A stretch of DNA of 64,000 nt from an uncultured Bacteroidaceae bacterium (GCA_964528675.1 CAZGTU010000014.1:2083-66082), one strand, 5' to 3'; shown: positions 48,524 through 58,346, counted from the stretch's first letter. Numbers and translations: made by a program. Notes: generated by a model not told the origin, from the letters alone.

Positions 48524-50200
48524 ATGATGTATTATTCTATCTGTAAAAAGTATTCAGTAATGAGGTTTTTGGTACTTGTAATTTTAGTTTTCACTTTTTT
48601 TGGTCAAATATTTGCGCAGAACAGGGCAATTCCTTCAGAGAAGCCCAAACTTATTGTTGGAATAGTGATTTCCGGAATGCGATATGATTATTTAAACCGC
48701 TATTGGGATAAATTCGGTGAAGGGGGGTTCAAAGCCCTTGCAAGCAAAGGGACAACATGCAAAAACACTCACCATGATTACCTGATATCAGAACCTTCTT
48801 CCGGCTTTGCATCAATCGTTTCAGGAGCTTATCCTGACGGACATGGCATAGTTTCAGATTTCTGGTATAACCGACTGAAAGATGAAATAATTTATTCTGT
48901 TTTTGATGCCGATGTAAAGACAACCGGTGGTGCCTATGAATCCGGGCAATTTTCTCCAAAAAACCTGCAAACCAGTACACTTTCTGATGAAGTAAAGATT
49001 AATAATAAGTTCAGCAGTAAAGTTATTTCCATTTCTCTTGACCCACAGGCTGCAGTTATTTCAGGAGGTCATGCAGCCGACGCTGCTTACTGGTACGATA
49101 ACACCAGCGGTGATTGGATAACCAGCAGTTATTATGTTGACAGCCTTCCTGCATGGGTGAATGAATTTAACAGCAAAGGCATAGCTGATCTCTACCTGGA
49201 GAAAACCTGGGAACCTCTCCTGGCTGTTGACAATTACTCTTCCAGTCTTGAGGATAATAACGGTCATGAAGAGGGTATCAATGGCCAGAAAATATTTCCT
49301 TATGACCTGGAAGATCTTAGCAGTTTAAAGCGTCGGAAAACCGATTACTCGATCCTTTCGGCAACCCCATACGGAAATACTTATACCAAGGATATGGCTA
49401 TCAGTGCTACCGTTGCAGAAGAGCTGGGTAAGGATGAGGAGACCGATTTTTTATTTCTGAATTTTGCTGCAACAGCAAGAGCAGGAGAATATTTTAATTC
49501 CTGGTCTGTGGAAATGCAGGACATTTATCTTCGTCTCGATATGGAAATTGAACATTTTTTAGATTTTCTCGATGATGAAATAGGTCTTAAGAATGTACTT
49601 GTTTTCCTTACTGCGGAAAATGCTACGGCAAATGAACCTTCTTATTTACTGGAGAAAAGAATACCTTCCGGTTATTTTAATTACAATGCATCCCTTTCTC
49701 TCCTAAAAACTTATCTGAATGTTATTTATGGCAAAGGAGACTGGATCAAGTTTTATTATGCACAACAGATTTATTTAAATACAATGCTGATTGAAGATTC
49801 CAAAATATCTCTTCCTGAATTTGAGGACAGGGTTGCCCGATTCATGGTTCAGTTTGAAGGCATATCCAAAGTCCTAACTGCTAATGACCTTATGAAAAAT
49901 AATTATACAAGGGGAGTGTTTGAGAAAATGCAAAAGAGTTATAATCAAAAACGTTCCGGAGATATTATTCTTCATCTCAGTCCGGGATGGGTTGAAAAGG
50001 GAATAGACAGAACTTATGCTTCTTCGTTTCATTATGATTCGCATGTTCCTTTGATCTGGTATGGTTGGAAGATCGGGAGAAAGGAGATCTCAAGAAAGAT
50101 AAGTGTAACGGATATAATACCTACCATAAATTATTTTCTCGATATTTCAAGATCCCCGTCAATACAGGGTTCTGTGATTCAGGAACTGGTTGACTTATAA
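48524..50200 (+). CDS. Alkaline phosphatase / nucleotide pyrophosphatase (NPP, PafA-like) family protein, secreted
   Basis: 558 aa. KLIVGIVISGMRYDYL...EPSSGFASIVSGAYPDGHGIVSDFWYNR fits the type I phosphodiesterase fold pattern. The likely start is the ATG at 48560 (MRFLVLVILVF). Confidence 0.6.
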   Translation: MMYYSICKKYSVMRFLVLVILVFTFFGQIFAQNRAIPSEKPKLIVGIVISGMRYDYLNRYWDKFGEGGFKALASKGTTCKNTHHDYLISEPSSGFASIVSGAYPDGHGIVSDFWYNRLKDEIIYSVFDADVKTTGGAYESGQFSPKNLQTSTLSDEVKINNKFSSKVISISLDPQAAVISGGHAADAAYWYDNTSGDWITSSYYVDSLPAWVNEFNSKGIADLYLEKTWEPLLAVDNYSSSLEDNNGHEEGINGQKIFPYDLEDLSSLKRRKTDYSILSATPYGNTYTKDMAISATVAEELGKDEETDFLFLNFAATARAGEYFNSWSVEMQDIYLRLDMEIEHFLDFLDDEIGLKNVLVFLTAENATANEPSYLLEKRIPSGYFNYNASLSLLKTYLNVIYGKGDWIKFYYAQQIYLNTMLIEDSKISLPEFEDRVARFMVQFEGISKVLTANDLMKNNYTRGVFEKMQKSYNQKRSGDIILHLSPGWVEKGIDRTYASSFHYDSHVPLIWYGWKIGRKEISRKISVTDIIPTINYFLDISRSPSIQGSVIQELVDL

Positions 50201-50267
50201 ATCTTTATTATATTTGTCCTGTTTCTTCAATGAAATAGATTAATTTCGTCTTTTTACATATTGATAA

Positions 50268-51860
50268 ATGAAGGTATATAGAATTATCATTCTCCTGCTT
50301 ATTTCCTTTCTCGGCATGAATGTTTTTGCCGGAGAGAGGTACTGGGTATTTTTCAGGGATAAGAAAGATGTCAGCTTTAATCCCTATGAGTATTTTGACG
50401 AAAAAGCCTTAAAAAAGCGGAAGGAACTGGGGATTGATCTGGTTCAGGAATCGGATCTTCCTCTGAATTTTGATTACTGCAATGAAGTTTCCAGGCACGC
50501 AGATATTTCGTTGAAAAGCCGGTGGTTGAATGCTGTTGCTGTTTCTCTTGATCCATCCGACATACAGAAGATAAAAGATCTGGAGTTTGTGAAAGAAGTC
50601 AGAAGAATGACGATGGTTTCCAGAAAAGCGGAAGCACATCAGGAAATTGACTCTGTGCAGCTTACTCATCTTAAACAGCAATTGGATATTTTTGGTGGTG
50701 GTATTTTCCGGGAGGAGGATATTAATGGAGAAGGGGTGAGAATTGCGGTCTTTGACGGAGGTTTTCCTTCAGTTGATGAGCTTGAAATTTTCAGTCATTT
50801 ATTCGAAGAAGAAAGGATAGTGGGTACCTGGGATTTTGTTAATGACAGGGAATTTGTCTATGATTATAACTCTCACGGAACCAGCGTGCTTGCCTGTATT
50901 GCAGGAGTACTTGATGGCAAAAGATTTGGACTTGCGCCCGGAGCTGAATTTTTATTGGCCCGGACAGAAGTGAATACAGAGATCTTTGCTGAAGAAGAAT
51001 ACTGGGCTGCTGCCATGGAATGGGCTGATAAAAATGGTGCAGATATTATCAGCTCATCACTGGGATATACATATCATCGTTATTTCCCTAAACAGATGGA
51101 TGGGAAATCCGTTTTTGTTACAAGGATGGCAAATCTTGCCGCAAGGAAGGGAATCCTTGTGATAAATTCTGCCGGCAATGATGGAGATTCCGACTGGGAG
51201 GTGATCAGTGCTCCCGGTGATGCAGACAGTGTATTAACCGTAGGAGGAATATCTAATATTGAAGGGCTTCATATTAGTTTCAGTTCTTACGGTCCAACCT
51301 ACGATGGCAGACTAAAACCCAACGTGGTTGCTTTTGGGAAGGTGATTACTACCGGTAAAAATAACATTAAAACTGCCTATGGCACTTCATTTTCCACTCC
51401 ACTTGTCACCGGGTTTGCGGCATGTGTTATGCAGCTCAATCCGGAATGGAACAATATGAAAGTTTTCAGAGAGATTGAGAAATCAGGGCATCTTTATCCA
51501 TATTATGATTATGCTCATGGACATGGTGTTCCCCAGGCAGCCTACTTTATGGATTGTGAATCTGAAACAGAACCTACGTTTTCATTCAATGAGAAACTGA
51601 ATTACCTTGATATTGAATTAAAAATTGGCAATGGTGAAGAAAAAACCCTGTATTGTAACGGAATGAAAGCAAATTACTTTGGGTATGACCATTATTATCT
51701 TTACTATCATATTGCATCTGAGAAAACAGGTGAAATCAGACGGTACAGGGTAGTTCGTATGACCGAAGCAGACAGTTATTCCATTGGACTTGATGAAATT
51801 AAAAAAGGTGAATATGTCATGGCCCATTACATGGGATATACAGAGAAATATCAATTTTAG
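50268..51860 (+). CDS. S8 (subtilisin-like) serine peptidase, secreted
   Basis: Catalytic motifs occur in D-H-S order: RIAVFDGGF, HGTSVLACIAG, NSAGNDG and GTSFSTPLVTGFAA. Has a signal peptide. Confidence 0.85.
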   Translation: MKVYRIIILLLISFLGMNVFAGERYWVFFRDKKDVSFNPYEYFDEKALKKRKELGIDLVQESDLPLNFDYCNEVSRHADISLKSRWLNAVAVSLDPSDIQKIKDLEFVKEVRRMTMVSRKAEAHQEIDSVQLTHLKQQLDIFGGGIFREEDINGEGVRIAVFDGGFPSVDELEIFSHLFEEERIVGTWDFVNDREFVYDYNSHGTSVLACIAGVLDGKRFGLAPGAEFLLARTEVNTEIFAEEEYWAAAMEWADKNGADIISSSLGYTYHRYFPKQMDGKSVFVTRMANLAARKGILVINSAGNDGDSDWEVISAPGDADSVLTVGGISNIEGLHISFSSYGPTYDGRLKPNVVAFGKVITTGKNNIKTAYGTSFSTPLVTGFAACVMQLNPEWNNMKVFREIEKSGHLYPYYDYAHGHGVPQAAYFMDCESETEPTFSFNEKLNYLDIELKIGNGEEKTLYCNGMKANYFGYDHYYLYYHIASEKTGEIRRYRVVRMTEADSYSIGLDEIKKGEYVMAHYMGYTEKYQF

Positions 51861-51863
51861 GTT

Positions 51864-52604
51864 ATGAAAAAAATACTGTTTTCCGTTTTCTTTATTTGCC
51901 TGTTAAGTTCGCTTTATTCGCAGGATGTTTTGATTGATAAAGACGTACAAAAACAATATAGAGGCAAAACCGGTCCTAATATGCGTCATTACGGTCACAT
52001 TTACACCGGCTATGCTCTGGTTACTGATTTTGATGAACAAACGGGAACGTCGATTGTCTGGTGGAGATCGGGACAGTATATTTTTGGTTATCGATATAAA
52101 CTAAAGCTTCTTTCATTTTATGCCATCGGTTTAGATCTGAGTTATAAAAGGACAAGCTATTTTTTTGAAGGTGTAAGTGAGAATCCATTTGACCCGGCCA
52201 ATCCTCTGACCACCAATGTAGAGAGGGACCGTCACCGCCTGATTAATAATGGTTTTGGCATTGAATTTTATCACCGGATAAATTTTGGAAAAAGAGGCAA
52301 TACACTTGGGAAATACCTGGATACCGGTATAAGAGCGCAATGGAATGTTGCAGATACGGAAAATATTTTAATCAAAGATGATGATCCTGATCTTCCATCT
52401 CAGCGTAAAAGGATTAAAAACAGGGGGTTAACTTATATCATGCCTTTTTCCTATGGATTGACTGCCAGGTTTGGCTTTAATAAGATTATCATTCACGCCA
52501 ACTATCGTTTGTCTGATTATTTCAAAGAAGAGATCAGTCCTGATGTTGACGTGAATATTCCTGAAACACCGAGGCTCGCTTTAGGTCTGCAATTTGCTTT
52601 GTAA
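51864..52604 (+). CDS. Hypothetical outer-membrane beta-barrel-like protein
   Basis: 246 aa. Signal peptide MKKILFSVFFICLLSSLYSQ and alternating aromatic beta-strand pattern. Starts 3 nt after the S8 gene. Confidence 0.45.
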   Translation: MKKILFSVFFICLLSSLYSQDVLIDKDVQKQYRGKTGPNMRHYGHIYTGYALVTDFDEQTGTSIVWWRSGQYIFGYRYKLKLLSFYAIGLDLSYKRTSYFFEGVSENPFDPANPLTTNVERDRHRLINNGFGIEFYHRINFGKRGNTLGKYLDTGIRAQWNVADTENILIKDDDPDLPSQRKRIKNRGLTYIMPFSYGLTARFGFNKIIIHANYRLSDYFKEEISPDVDVNIPETPRLALGLQFAL

Positions 52605-52611
52605 GCATGAT

Positions 52612-53334
52612 TTATCTGATCGCCGAGATTGCCTGAATGACAGAATAATCCATTTCAATTGCATTTCCCACCACAATCAGACCTGCTCCTGACTTATAAA
52701 CCGATGAAGCATCTTCTGGAGTTTTTATTCCTCCACCGACAATTATCGGGATATTCGTATTTCTGGAGACCTCACTTATAATATGCTGTCCCACTGGATT
52801 TGTTCCCCCGCTGCCTGCTTCCAGGTAAATATATTTGAGACCAAGCATTTCACCCGCCATTGCAGTGGAAACAACAATTTCCGGTTTATCTGCAGGAATC
52901 GGATTTGTATTGCTCATATATTCCACCGATGTTCTCTTTCCATTCTCGATAAGAAGATAAGCTGTTGGAAGAATCTCCAGGCCGGAATTTTTCAAAAAAG
53001 GAGCAGCAATAACATGATGACCGATAAGATATTCGGGGTTTCGCCCCGAGATTAAAGAAATGAATAATATAGCATCGGCATTATTTGAGATCTGCATGGC
53101 ATTTCCGGGGAACAGAATCACCGGAATATCGCATTCGGCTTTAATGATATTGATACAATCATCAAGTGAATTATAAAGGAGGCTTCCCCCGATAAAAAAA
53201 TAGTCTACATTTGCAATTACTGACTCGCGAACAACTTTCACAATTTGTTCCGAAGAACATTTATCCGGATCAATAAGCACTGCCAGTTGTTTCCCCGATG
53301 CGAAATTTTTTGATATTTTGTTGGTATTTTGCAT
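52612..53334 (-). CDS. Geranylgeranylglyceryl-phosphate synthase family protein (PcrB/GGGPS homolog)
   Basis: About 240 aa. Motifs DPDK, FFIGGSLL, ILFPGN, YLEAGSGG and IIVGGGIKTPEDA...LIVVGNAIE. The ATG at 53334 overlaps the upstream stop (TGATG). The track gives a GTG at 53337. Confidence 0.85.
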   Translation of the reverse strand: MQNTNKISKNFASGKQLAVLIDPDKCSSEQIVKVVRESVIANVDYFFIGGSLLYNSLDDCINIIKAECDIPVILFPGNAMQISNNADAILFISLISGRNPEYLIGHHVIAAPFLKNSGLEILPTAYLLIENGKRTSVEYMSNTNPIPADKPEIVVSTAMAGEMLGLKYIYLEAGSGGTNPVGQHIISEVSRNTNIPIIVGGGIKTPEDASSVYKSGAGLIVVGNAIEMDYSVIQAISAIR

Positions 53335-54017
53335 CACTTACAGGTCCATACAATGGAATAATCTTTATATCTTCTGTAGCGGAGCCAGAAATCTTCCACT
53401 CCTCTTAAATTTAATACCCGTCCTTTTATCATTCCGGATTCTGCGGGGACAAAAGGATAGACAGTGAGATTTTCTTTAAAGTTGATATCCTGTTTATCAC
53501 AGATCTTATACATTGCCTCTTTGGCACACCAGTGGATGTAGAGGTGGTATCTTTTCTGTTCGGGGTCATCGGTAACTTCTTCCTGGGCATTGATGAATTT
53601 GTGACTAATAGAACTAATCTTATGAGACATCAATTCAAGATCAATTCCAACCCTTTTTTTCTTGCTTATAAAGATGGAAGTTAAGTTATAGGAATGTGAT
53701 ATGCTGATATTCCAACTGTTCCCTTTGAGAAAAGGCTTTTTTTCTGCATTGTAAATGATACGTGATTTTTTGCCCAGCATATCTTTAATAAGTGTTCTTA
53801 CGCTGAGCCACTCTAGTTTCCTGCTATGGCTTTTAAATCCTTCAAGTCTTTGCAATTCGTCATCATCAAGCTTCAACCGGGAAAACAATGTGTCATAATC
53901 TTCTTCAATCTCCCACATTCCCAGGATACAATCATCATTTATTGTTTCTTTAAGAATTACTCCCATAAAAATATCATTTGTCTTCTCCAGTAAACAAAGA
54001 GCCTCAAATTTAAACAT
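53334..54017 (-). CDS. 4'-phosphopantetheinyl transferase (Sfp-type)
   Basis: 227 aa. Motifs VGIDLELM and HWCAKEAMYK (the W..KEA..K motif). Confidence 0.75.
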   Translation of the reverse strand: MFKFEALCLLEKTNDIFMGVILKETINDDCILGMWEIEEDYDTLFSRLKLDDDELQRLEGFKSHSRKLEWLSVRTLIKDMLGKKSRIIYNAEKKPFLKGNSWNISISHSYNLTSIFISKKKRVGIDLELMSHKISSISHKFINAQEEVTDDPEQKRYHLYIHWCAKEAMYKICDKQDINFKENLTVYPFVPAESGMIKGRVLNLRGVEDFWLRYRRYKDYSIVWTCK

Positions 54018-54072
54018 TTCTCTTCAATCAAAACAAAACTACAGCATTTTTGCCCGATTTTAAGTTTGCAGA

Positions 54073-54651
54073 TTATTTTTTTACCCATTCAAAGCTTTCC
54101 AGCATATGAACCACGTCCTTTCTAATAAATTGTACGATGGGTGCGAGTGAATCTTTTTTTGGTGTGGTATTGAAATAGAGAGAACCTCGCAGGAAATGAT
54201 CACTGCTATCGGTTACGAAAAATTGTAATGAAGAAGCAGTATTGCCACTGAGATCATACAATAATCCATAGACATTATCTTCAGGATGCCTGATAAGGCT
54301 TTCGTCAATAGCTTCAGCCTTAATGGTGTGTTTATAGGCGAGCGTTCTGGAATCTTCAATAAACTCATCCAGGTTGTTTTGCACCTCTTTATAACTGAGA
54401 TATATGGTTGCGTCAAAGGGTCGGAAAATAATATTGTACCAGTATTTTTCGGCATTGGGTGAAGTATCCGGAACCACTTCCGCATATTCAGGATAAGCAA
54501 AACTAAAAGGGGCATTTGTATCAAATTGAGTATATGATCTTTCCGGGTATTCCACTTTCATGAACCCCCGGGGCTTGGGTACATAATCCTCCTTGCAGGA
54601 TAAGAAACTGAAAGATAATACAATCAATACACTAAATATTATATTCTTCAT
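54073..54651 (-). CDS. gldD: Gliding motility lipoprotein GldD
   Basis: 192 aa. Lipobox FLSCKEDYVPKPRGFMKVEYPERSY matches the GldD N-terminal signature. It lies directly downstream of a GldE-type gene. Confidence 0.75.
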   Translation of the reverse strand: MKNIIFSVLIVLSFSFLSCKEDYVPKPRGFMKVEYPERSYTQFDTNAPFSFAYPEYAEVVPDTSPNAEKYWYNIIFRPFDATIYLSYKEVQNNLDEFIEDSRTLAYKHTIKAEAIDESLIRHPEDNVYGLLYDLSGNTASSLQFFVTDSSDHFLRGSLYFNTTPKKDSLAPIVQFIRKDVVHMLESFEWVKK

Positions 54652-54652
54652 T

Positions 54653-55990
54653 TCACTTTGCAGGTTTAATGGGTCTGTCGATGGTTACCTTGATCTTTTT
54701 AATACGGCGATTATCGACGGAAAGTATGGTAAAAGTAAATGGATCTACTTTGACAACGTCATTGGGTGAAGGCAGATCCCCAAGTAATTCAAGCACAAGA
54801 CCGGCAAGGGTATCCGAATCTCCCCTGATTTTTTCAAATATATCTTCCTGGATATTTATGGTTTTATAAAAATCGTTTAACAGGGTTTTCGCATCAAAAA
54901 CATAATTTCTGTCATCAATCCTGGTGTAAAAGCTTTCAATCTCATCAGATTCATCAGTGATCTCACCTACTATTTCTTCCAGAATATCTTCCAGGGTAAC
55001 AATGCCTTCTGTGCCTCCGTACTCATCGACCACTATGGCCATGTGTATTTTCTTTTCCCTGAATTCCTGTAAAAGAACATTGATCTTTTTACTGCCGGGA
55101 ACATAATAGCTGGGCCGTATTAAAAAATGCCAGTTAAAATTATCCTTTTCATCGATATAGGGCAGGAGGTCTTTTACATATAAAACACCCCTTATATTAT
55201 CGAAGGTTTCTGAATAAACCGGGATCCGGCTGAATCCGGATTCATTGATGATTTTCACCATTTCACTCATTCTGGTATCCATATCAATAGCAATCACATC
55301 CATCCGGGGTTTCATGATCTCATTTACTTCAATATTACTGAATTTCACAATGCTTCTGAGTATGTTTTTATCTTCCTGGACAAAGCCGGTTGTCAAATCC
55401 AGTGCATCTGAAAGATCGACCATAGTAATATTGGGTTTTCCCGATGCCAGTTTTCGATTGACAATTTTCGTGGACCTGAGAAGTAAAAATGATATGGGAT
55501 GAAATAATTTATTTAAAAAGATAAGCGGATAAGACATGAAAACCGAAAATCCCAGGGCATTCCGGTTGGCATATAATTTCGGAATGATCTCTCCAAAAAC
55601 CAGCAAAAGAAAAGTAACCACCAATACATGAATGATAATGGCAATAACTGGATCCATTCCGAAATCAAACAGGGTTGTTGTAATATAAGTTGAGATGATA
55701 ATTATAGCTATATTAATAAAATTGTTGCTGATCAGAATTGTTGCGAGGAGTTTTTCCGGTTTCGCCAGTAACTTCAGCGTTTGCCCGGAACCCCTGGTGT
55801 CCATTTCCCTTAACTTGCCCATCTGGAAGGGCTGCAGAGAAAAAAAGGCGACTTCCGAACCTGAAACCAGGGCTGAACCAATCAGTAGAATGAAGACAGT
55901 GATCAGACATGTTATTACACCTGGCGTCAGCGAACCCAGGTGAATATCCATAAATAATTGAGATATAAATAGAAAAGAATCTGTGTCCAA
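54653..55990 (-). CDS. gldE: Gliding motility protein GldE (DUF21-CBS-CorC/HlyC architecture)
   Basis: 445 aa with an N-terminal 4-TM DUF21, a CBS pair and a CorC_HlyC C-terminus. The 1-nt gap to gldD reproduces the gldE-gldD pairing known from Flavobacterium johnsoniae. Confidence 0.8.
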   Translation of the reverse strand: MDTDSFLFISQLFMDIHLGSLTPGVITCLITVFILLIGSALVSGSEVAFFSLQPFQMGKLREMDTRGSGQTLKLLAKPEKLLATILISNNFINIAIIIISTYITTTLFDFGMDPVIAIIIHVLVVTFLLLVFGEIIPKLYANRNALGFSVFMSYPLIFLNKLFHPISFLLLRSTKIVNRKLASGKPNITMVDLSDALDLTTGFVQEDKNILRSIVKFSNIEVNEIMKPRMDVIAIDMDTRMSEMVKIINESGFSRIPVYSETFDNIRGVLYVKDLLPYIDEKDNFNWHFLIRPSYYVPGSKKINVLLQEFREKKIHMAIVVDEYGGTEGIVTLEDILEEIVGEITDESDEIESFYTRIDDRNYVFDAKTLLNDFYKTINIQEDIFEKIRGDSDTLAGLVLELLGDLPSPNDVVKVDPFTFTILSVDNRRIKKIKVTIDRPIKPAK

Positions 55991-56015
55991 GAGTGTTTCC
56001 TGTTTTTAATTAAAA

Positions 56016-56528
56016 TTAAAAGGGAAGGTCATCGGTCTCTTCAGGACCATCAGTAAGTTCATCATAAGTATTATCATTTTCGCTTTTTTGTTCCTGCTTT
56101 TGTTCTTCGGCAGGCTGGCTTGTCTGGTTATTTGATTGCTGTTTTTGTTGTTGCTGCTGCTGCTGCTGGGAATAATTATCAGAACTTCCTGAGTCGTCCG
56201 AGCGTTTGCCAAGCATTTGTATATTATCTGCTACGATTTCCGTAGTGTAGCGGGTATTACCTTCCTTATCTGTATAAGAACGGCTCCTGATGCGTCCTTC
56301 TATATAGAGTTGGGAGCCCTTTTTTACGTATTTTTCCATTACTTCGGCCAATCCTCTCCATGCAACTATATTGTGCCATTCGGTATTCGTAATTTTTTCT
56401 CCGGCACGATTTTTATATACCTCAGAGGTGGCAAAGGGAAAACGGGAAACAACTGTTCCTCCTTCCAGGTAACGTGTTTCCGGATCTTTGCCAACATTTC
56501 CCACGAGGATGACTTTATTTACTGACAT
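56016..56528 (-). CDS. ssb: Single-stranded DNA-binding protein
   Basis: OB-fold N-terminus MSVNKVILVGNVGKDPETRY, a Q-rich linker and an acidic tip DDLPF. Confidence 0.95.
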   Translation of the reverse strand: MSVNKVILVGNVGKDPETRYLEGGTVVSRFPFATSEVYKNRAGEKITNTEWHNIVAWRGLAEVMEKYVKKGSQLYIEGRIRSRSYTDKEGNTRYTTEIVADNIQMLGKRSDDSGSSDNYSQQQQQQQQKQQSNNQTSQPAEEQKQEQKSENDNTYDELTDGPEETDDLPF

Positions 56529-56708
56529 AATAGAATTTATGTTATTTTATGATTCAAAGATAGAAAAATTATTTGGAAAATCAGGATGAAAACCTAAACT
56601 CGAAACATCCTCAATTCCTTTATTTTTAGTTATATGTTCAGGTTCAGTGCCGCGGGAAATATATTCTAAAAAGTAATAAACCTTTTATAGAACGACTATG
56701 TTTTTTAA

Positions 56709-57761
56709 TTATATTTTAGTTTCTTTTAAATATCGATCAATCAATCTTGGGAGAGGAAAATCATTGATCTTTTCCTTTTTAACCGGAATAAAATCTGAAA
56801 GCACAGGGGTGTTGAGTTTTTCAACTTCAACATGGATAAATCGTGTATGCAGTTTTTGATGGCTTAGGATATGTATAATTTCGGATGAAATATTTGATAT
56901 TTCCGTTCTTTTTTGTCCGGTTAGAAAGATTTCTTTTACACGATCATACATCGATGTATCTGAAAGGGGTTTTGAGGTCTCAATAAGCGGAAACTCATAT
57001 AACAATTCCCAGATATCTTTTTTCTTTCTCCGGTTTATTAAAATCTGTCCTTTGCAATTGATGATACAATAATAAAAATAGCGATTTCTGCTTTTTATTT
57101 TTTTATACTTAACCGGGAGTTCATTTACGATTTCGTTTTTGAAAGCAATGCAGTTTTCAGATAATGGACATTTACTGCATAAGGGATTTTTAGGTTTACA
57201 GATCAATGCCCCCAGATCCATTACAGCCTGGTTAAATTTCCCGGGATCATCCTTATCCATTTCTTTTTGTAATAAGTTTTTCAGGTTTTTCACCGCCAGG
57301 GGTTTGTCAAGATCATCATGGAGGTTGAAAAGTCTTGAAAACACTCTTTTCACATTGCCATCAATTGCCGGCACCTGTTCTCCAAAGGCTATAGATGCAA
57401 TTGCTCCTGCAGTGTATTCCCCGATTCCTTTCAGATTTATTATGTCTTTATAATTTGAAGGGAATGTACCATTATATTGATAGGTTATTACCCTGGCGGC
57501 TTCATGCATGTTTCTGGCTCGAGTATAATATCCAAGTCCCTGCCATACATTAAGCACCTCAGAAATATCTGATTCGGCAAGACTAAAAATATCCGGAAAA
57601 CTTTTCAGGAAGGAATGGTAATATTCAATTCCCTGCTGAATTCTTGTTTGCTGGAGAATGATCTCTGAAACCCATATTTTGTAGGGGTTGGAGGTTTCTC
57701 TCCAGGGAAGTTCACGCCCCTGCTTTTCATACCATTTCAGTAATAATTTACTAATTTCCAT
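56709..57761 (-). CDS. mutY: A/G-specific adenine DNA glycosylase MutY
   Basis: Motifs LLKWYEKQGRELPWRETSNPYKIWVSEIILQQTR and 4Fe-4S cysteines CKPKNPLCSKCPLSENC. The track ORF begins 12 codons earlier at 57797. Confidence 0.9.
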   Translation of the reverse strand: MEISKLLLKWYEKQGRELPWRETSNPYKIWVSEIILQQTRIQQGIEYYHSFLKSFPDIFSLAESDISEVLNVWQGLGYYTRARNMHEAARVITYQYNGTFPSNYKDIINLKGIGEYTAGAIASIAFGEQVPAIDGNVKRVFSRLFNLHDDLDKPLAVKNLKNLLQKEMDKDDPGKFNQAVMDLGALICKPKNPLCSKCPLSENCIAFKNEIVNELPVKYKKIKSRNRYFYYCIINCKGQILINRRKKKDIWELLYEFPLIETSKPLSDTSMYDRVKEIFLTGQKRTEISNISSEIIHILSHQKLHTRFIHVEVEKLNTPVLSDFIPVKKEKINDFPLPRLIDRYLKETKI

Positions 57762-57837
57762 GAAGTTGATATTAAAAATAAATGATTTTTCTGTCAAAAA
57801 TAATGGGATTGTATTTTATTAATCAAGATAAAAAAAC

Positions 57838-57845
57838 TATATTTG
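57838..57845 (+). promoter_or_regulatory. Bacteroidota -7 promoter box (TAnnTTTG) upstream of HU
   Basis: TATATTTG lies 54 nt upstream of the HU ATG. Confidence 0.3.
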
Positions 57846-57898
57846 CATCTCAATAAAAAAAATAATTTGTAATTCATTGATAATTAAAGTGTTTTAAA

Positions 57899-58183
57899 AT
57901 GACTAAAGCAGATATCGTAAACGAAATTTCCAAGAACACAGGAATCGAAAAAGTAACTGTACAAAAAACAGTTGAAGCTTTCATGGAAACTATTAAAGAC
58001 TCTTTGAGTAAAAATAAAAATGTTTATTTAAGAGGTTTCGGAAGCTTTATAGTAAAGAAAAGGGCTCAGAAAACAGCCAGGAATATATCAAAGAATACAA
58101 CCATTATCATTCCTGAACACTTTATTCCTTCATTCAAACCTGCAAAAACTTTTGTAAATAAAGTTAAGTCAAACGTAAAATAG
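57899..58183 (+). CDS. hup: HU-family DNA-binding protein
   Basis: 94 aa. Motifs MTKADIVNEISKNTGI..., LRGFGSF..KKRAQKTARN and IPEHFIPSFKPAK. Confidence 0.9.
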   Translation: MTKADIVNEISKNTGIEKVTVQKTVEAFMETIKDSLSKNKNVYLRGFGSFIVKKRAQKTARNISKNTTIIIPEHFIPSFKPAKTFVNKVKSNVK

Positions 58184-58199
58184 AAGAGAGGATCGACAA

Positions 58200-58292
58200 A
58201 TGCCCAGTGGTAAGAAAAGAAAAAGACATAAGATGTCGACGCACAAGCGTAAAAAACGTTTGAGGAAAAACAGACATAAAAAAAGGAAATAG
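58200..58292 (+). CDS. 30-aa ultra-basic peptide, bS22-like small ribosomal protein candidate
   Basis: My own translation gives MPSGKKRKRHKMSTHKRKKRLRKNRHKKRK*. It resembles the mycobacterial bS22 pattern [20 protein letters not shown] as I recall it. It lies 17 nt after HU and is absent from the ORF track because of its size. Confidence 0.55.
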   Translation: MPSGKKRKRHKMSTHKRKKRLRKNRHKKRK

Positions 58293-58316
58293 TATAAATT
58301 TTACGTTATACCAGTA

Positions 58317-58346
58317 AAACCTAAAGATCTCATGGTCTTTAGGTTT
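58317..58346 (+). terminator. 11-bp perfect hairpin after the HU/bS22 unit, in the rng leader
   Basis: AAACCTAAAGA-TCTCATGG-TCTTTAGGTTT followed by ATTG. The T-run is partly inside the stem. Confidence 0.45.

Noticed and set aside
56120-56175. CAG/CAA (poly-Gln) tract in ssb, considered as a possible slippage or phase-variation site
   Set aside because: It sits in the intrinsically disordered linker of SSB, where Q/P/G-rich low complexity is normal. It is in-frame and interrupted, so it is not a homogeneous repeat.
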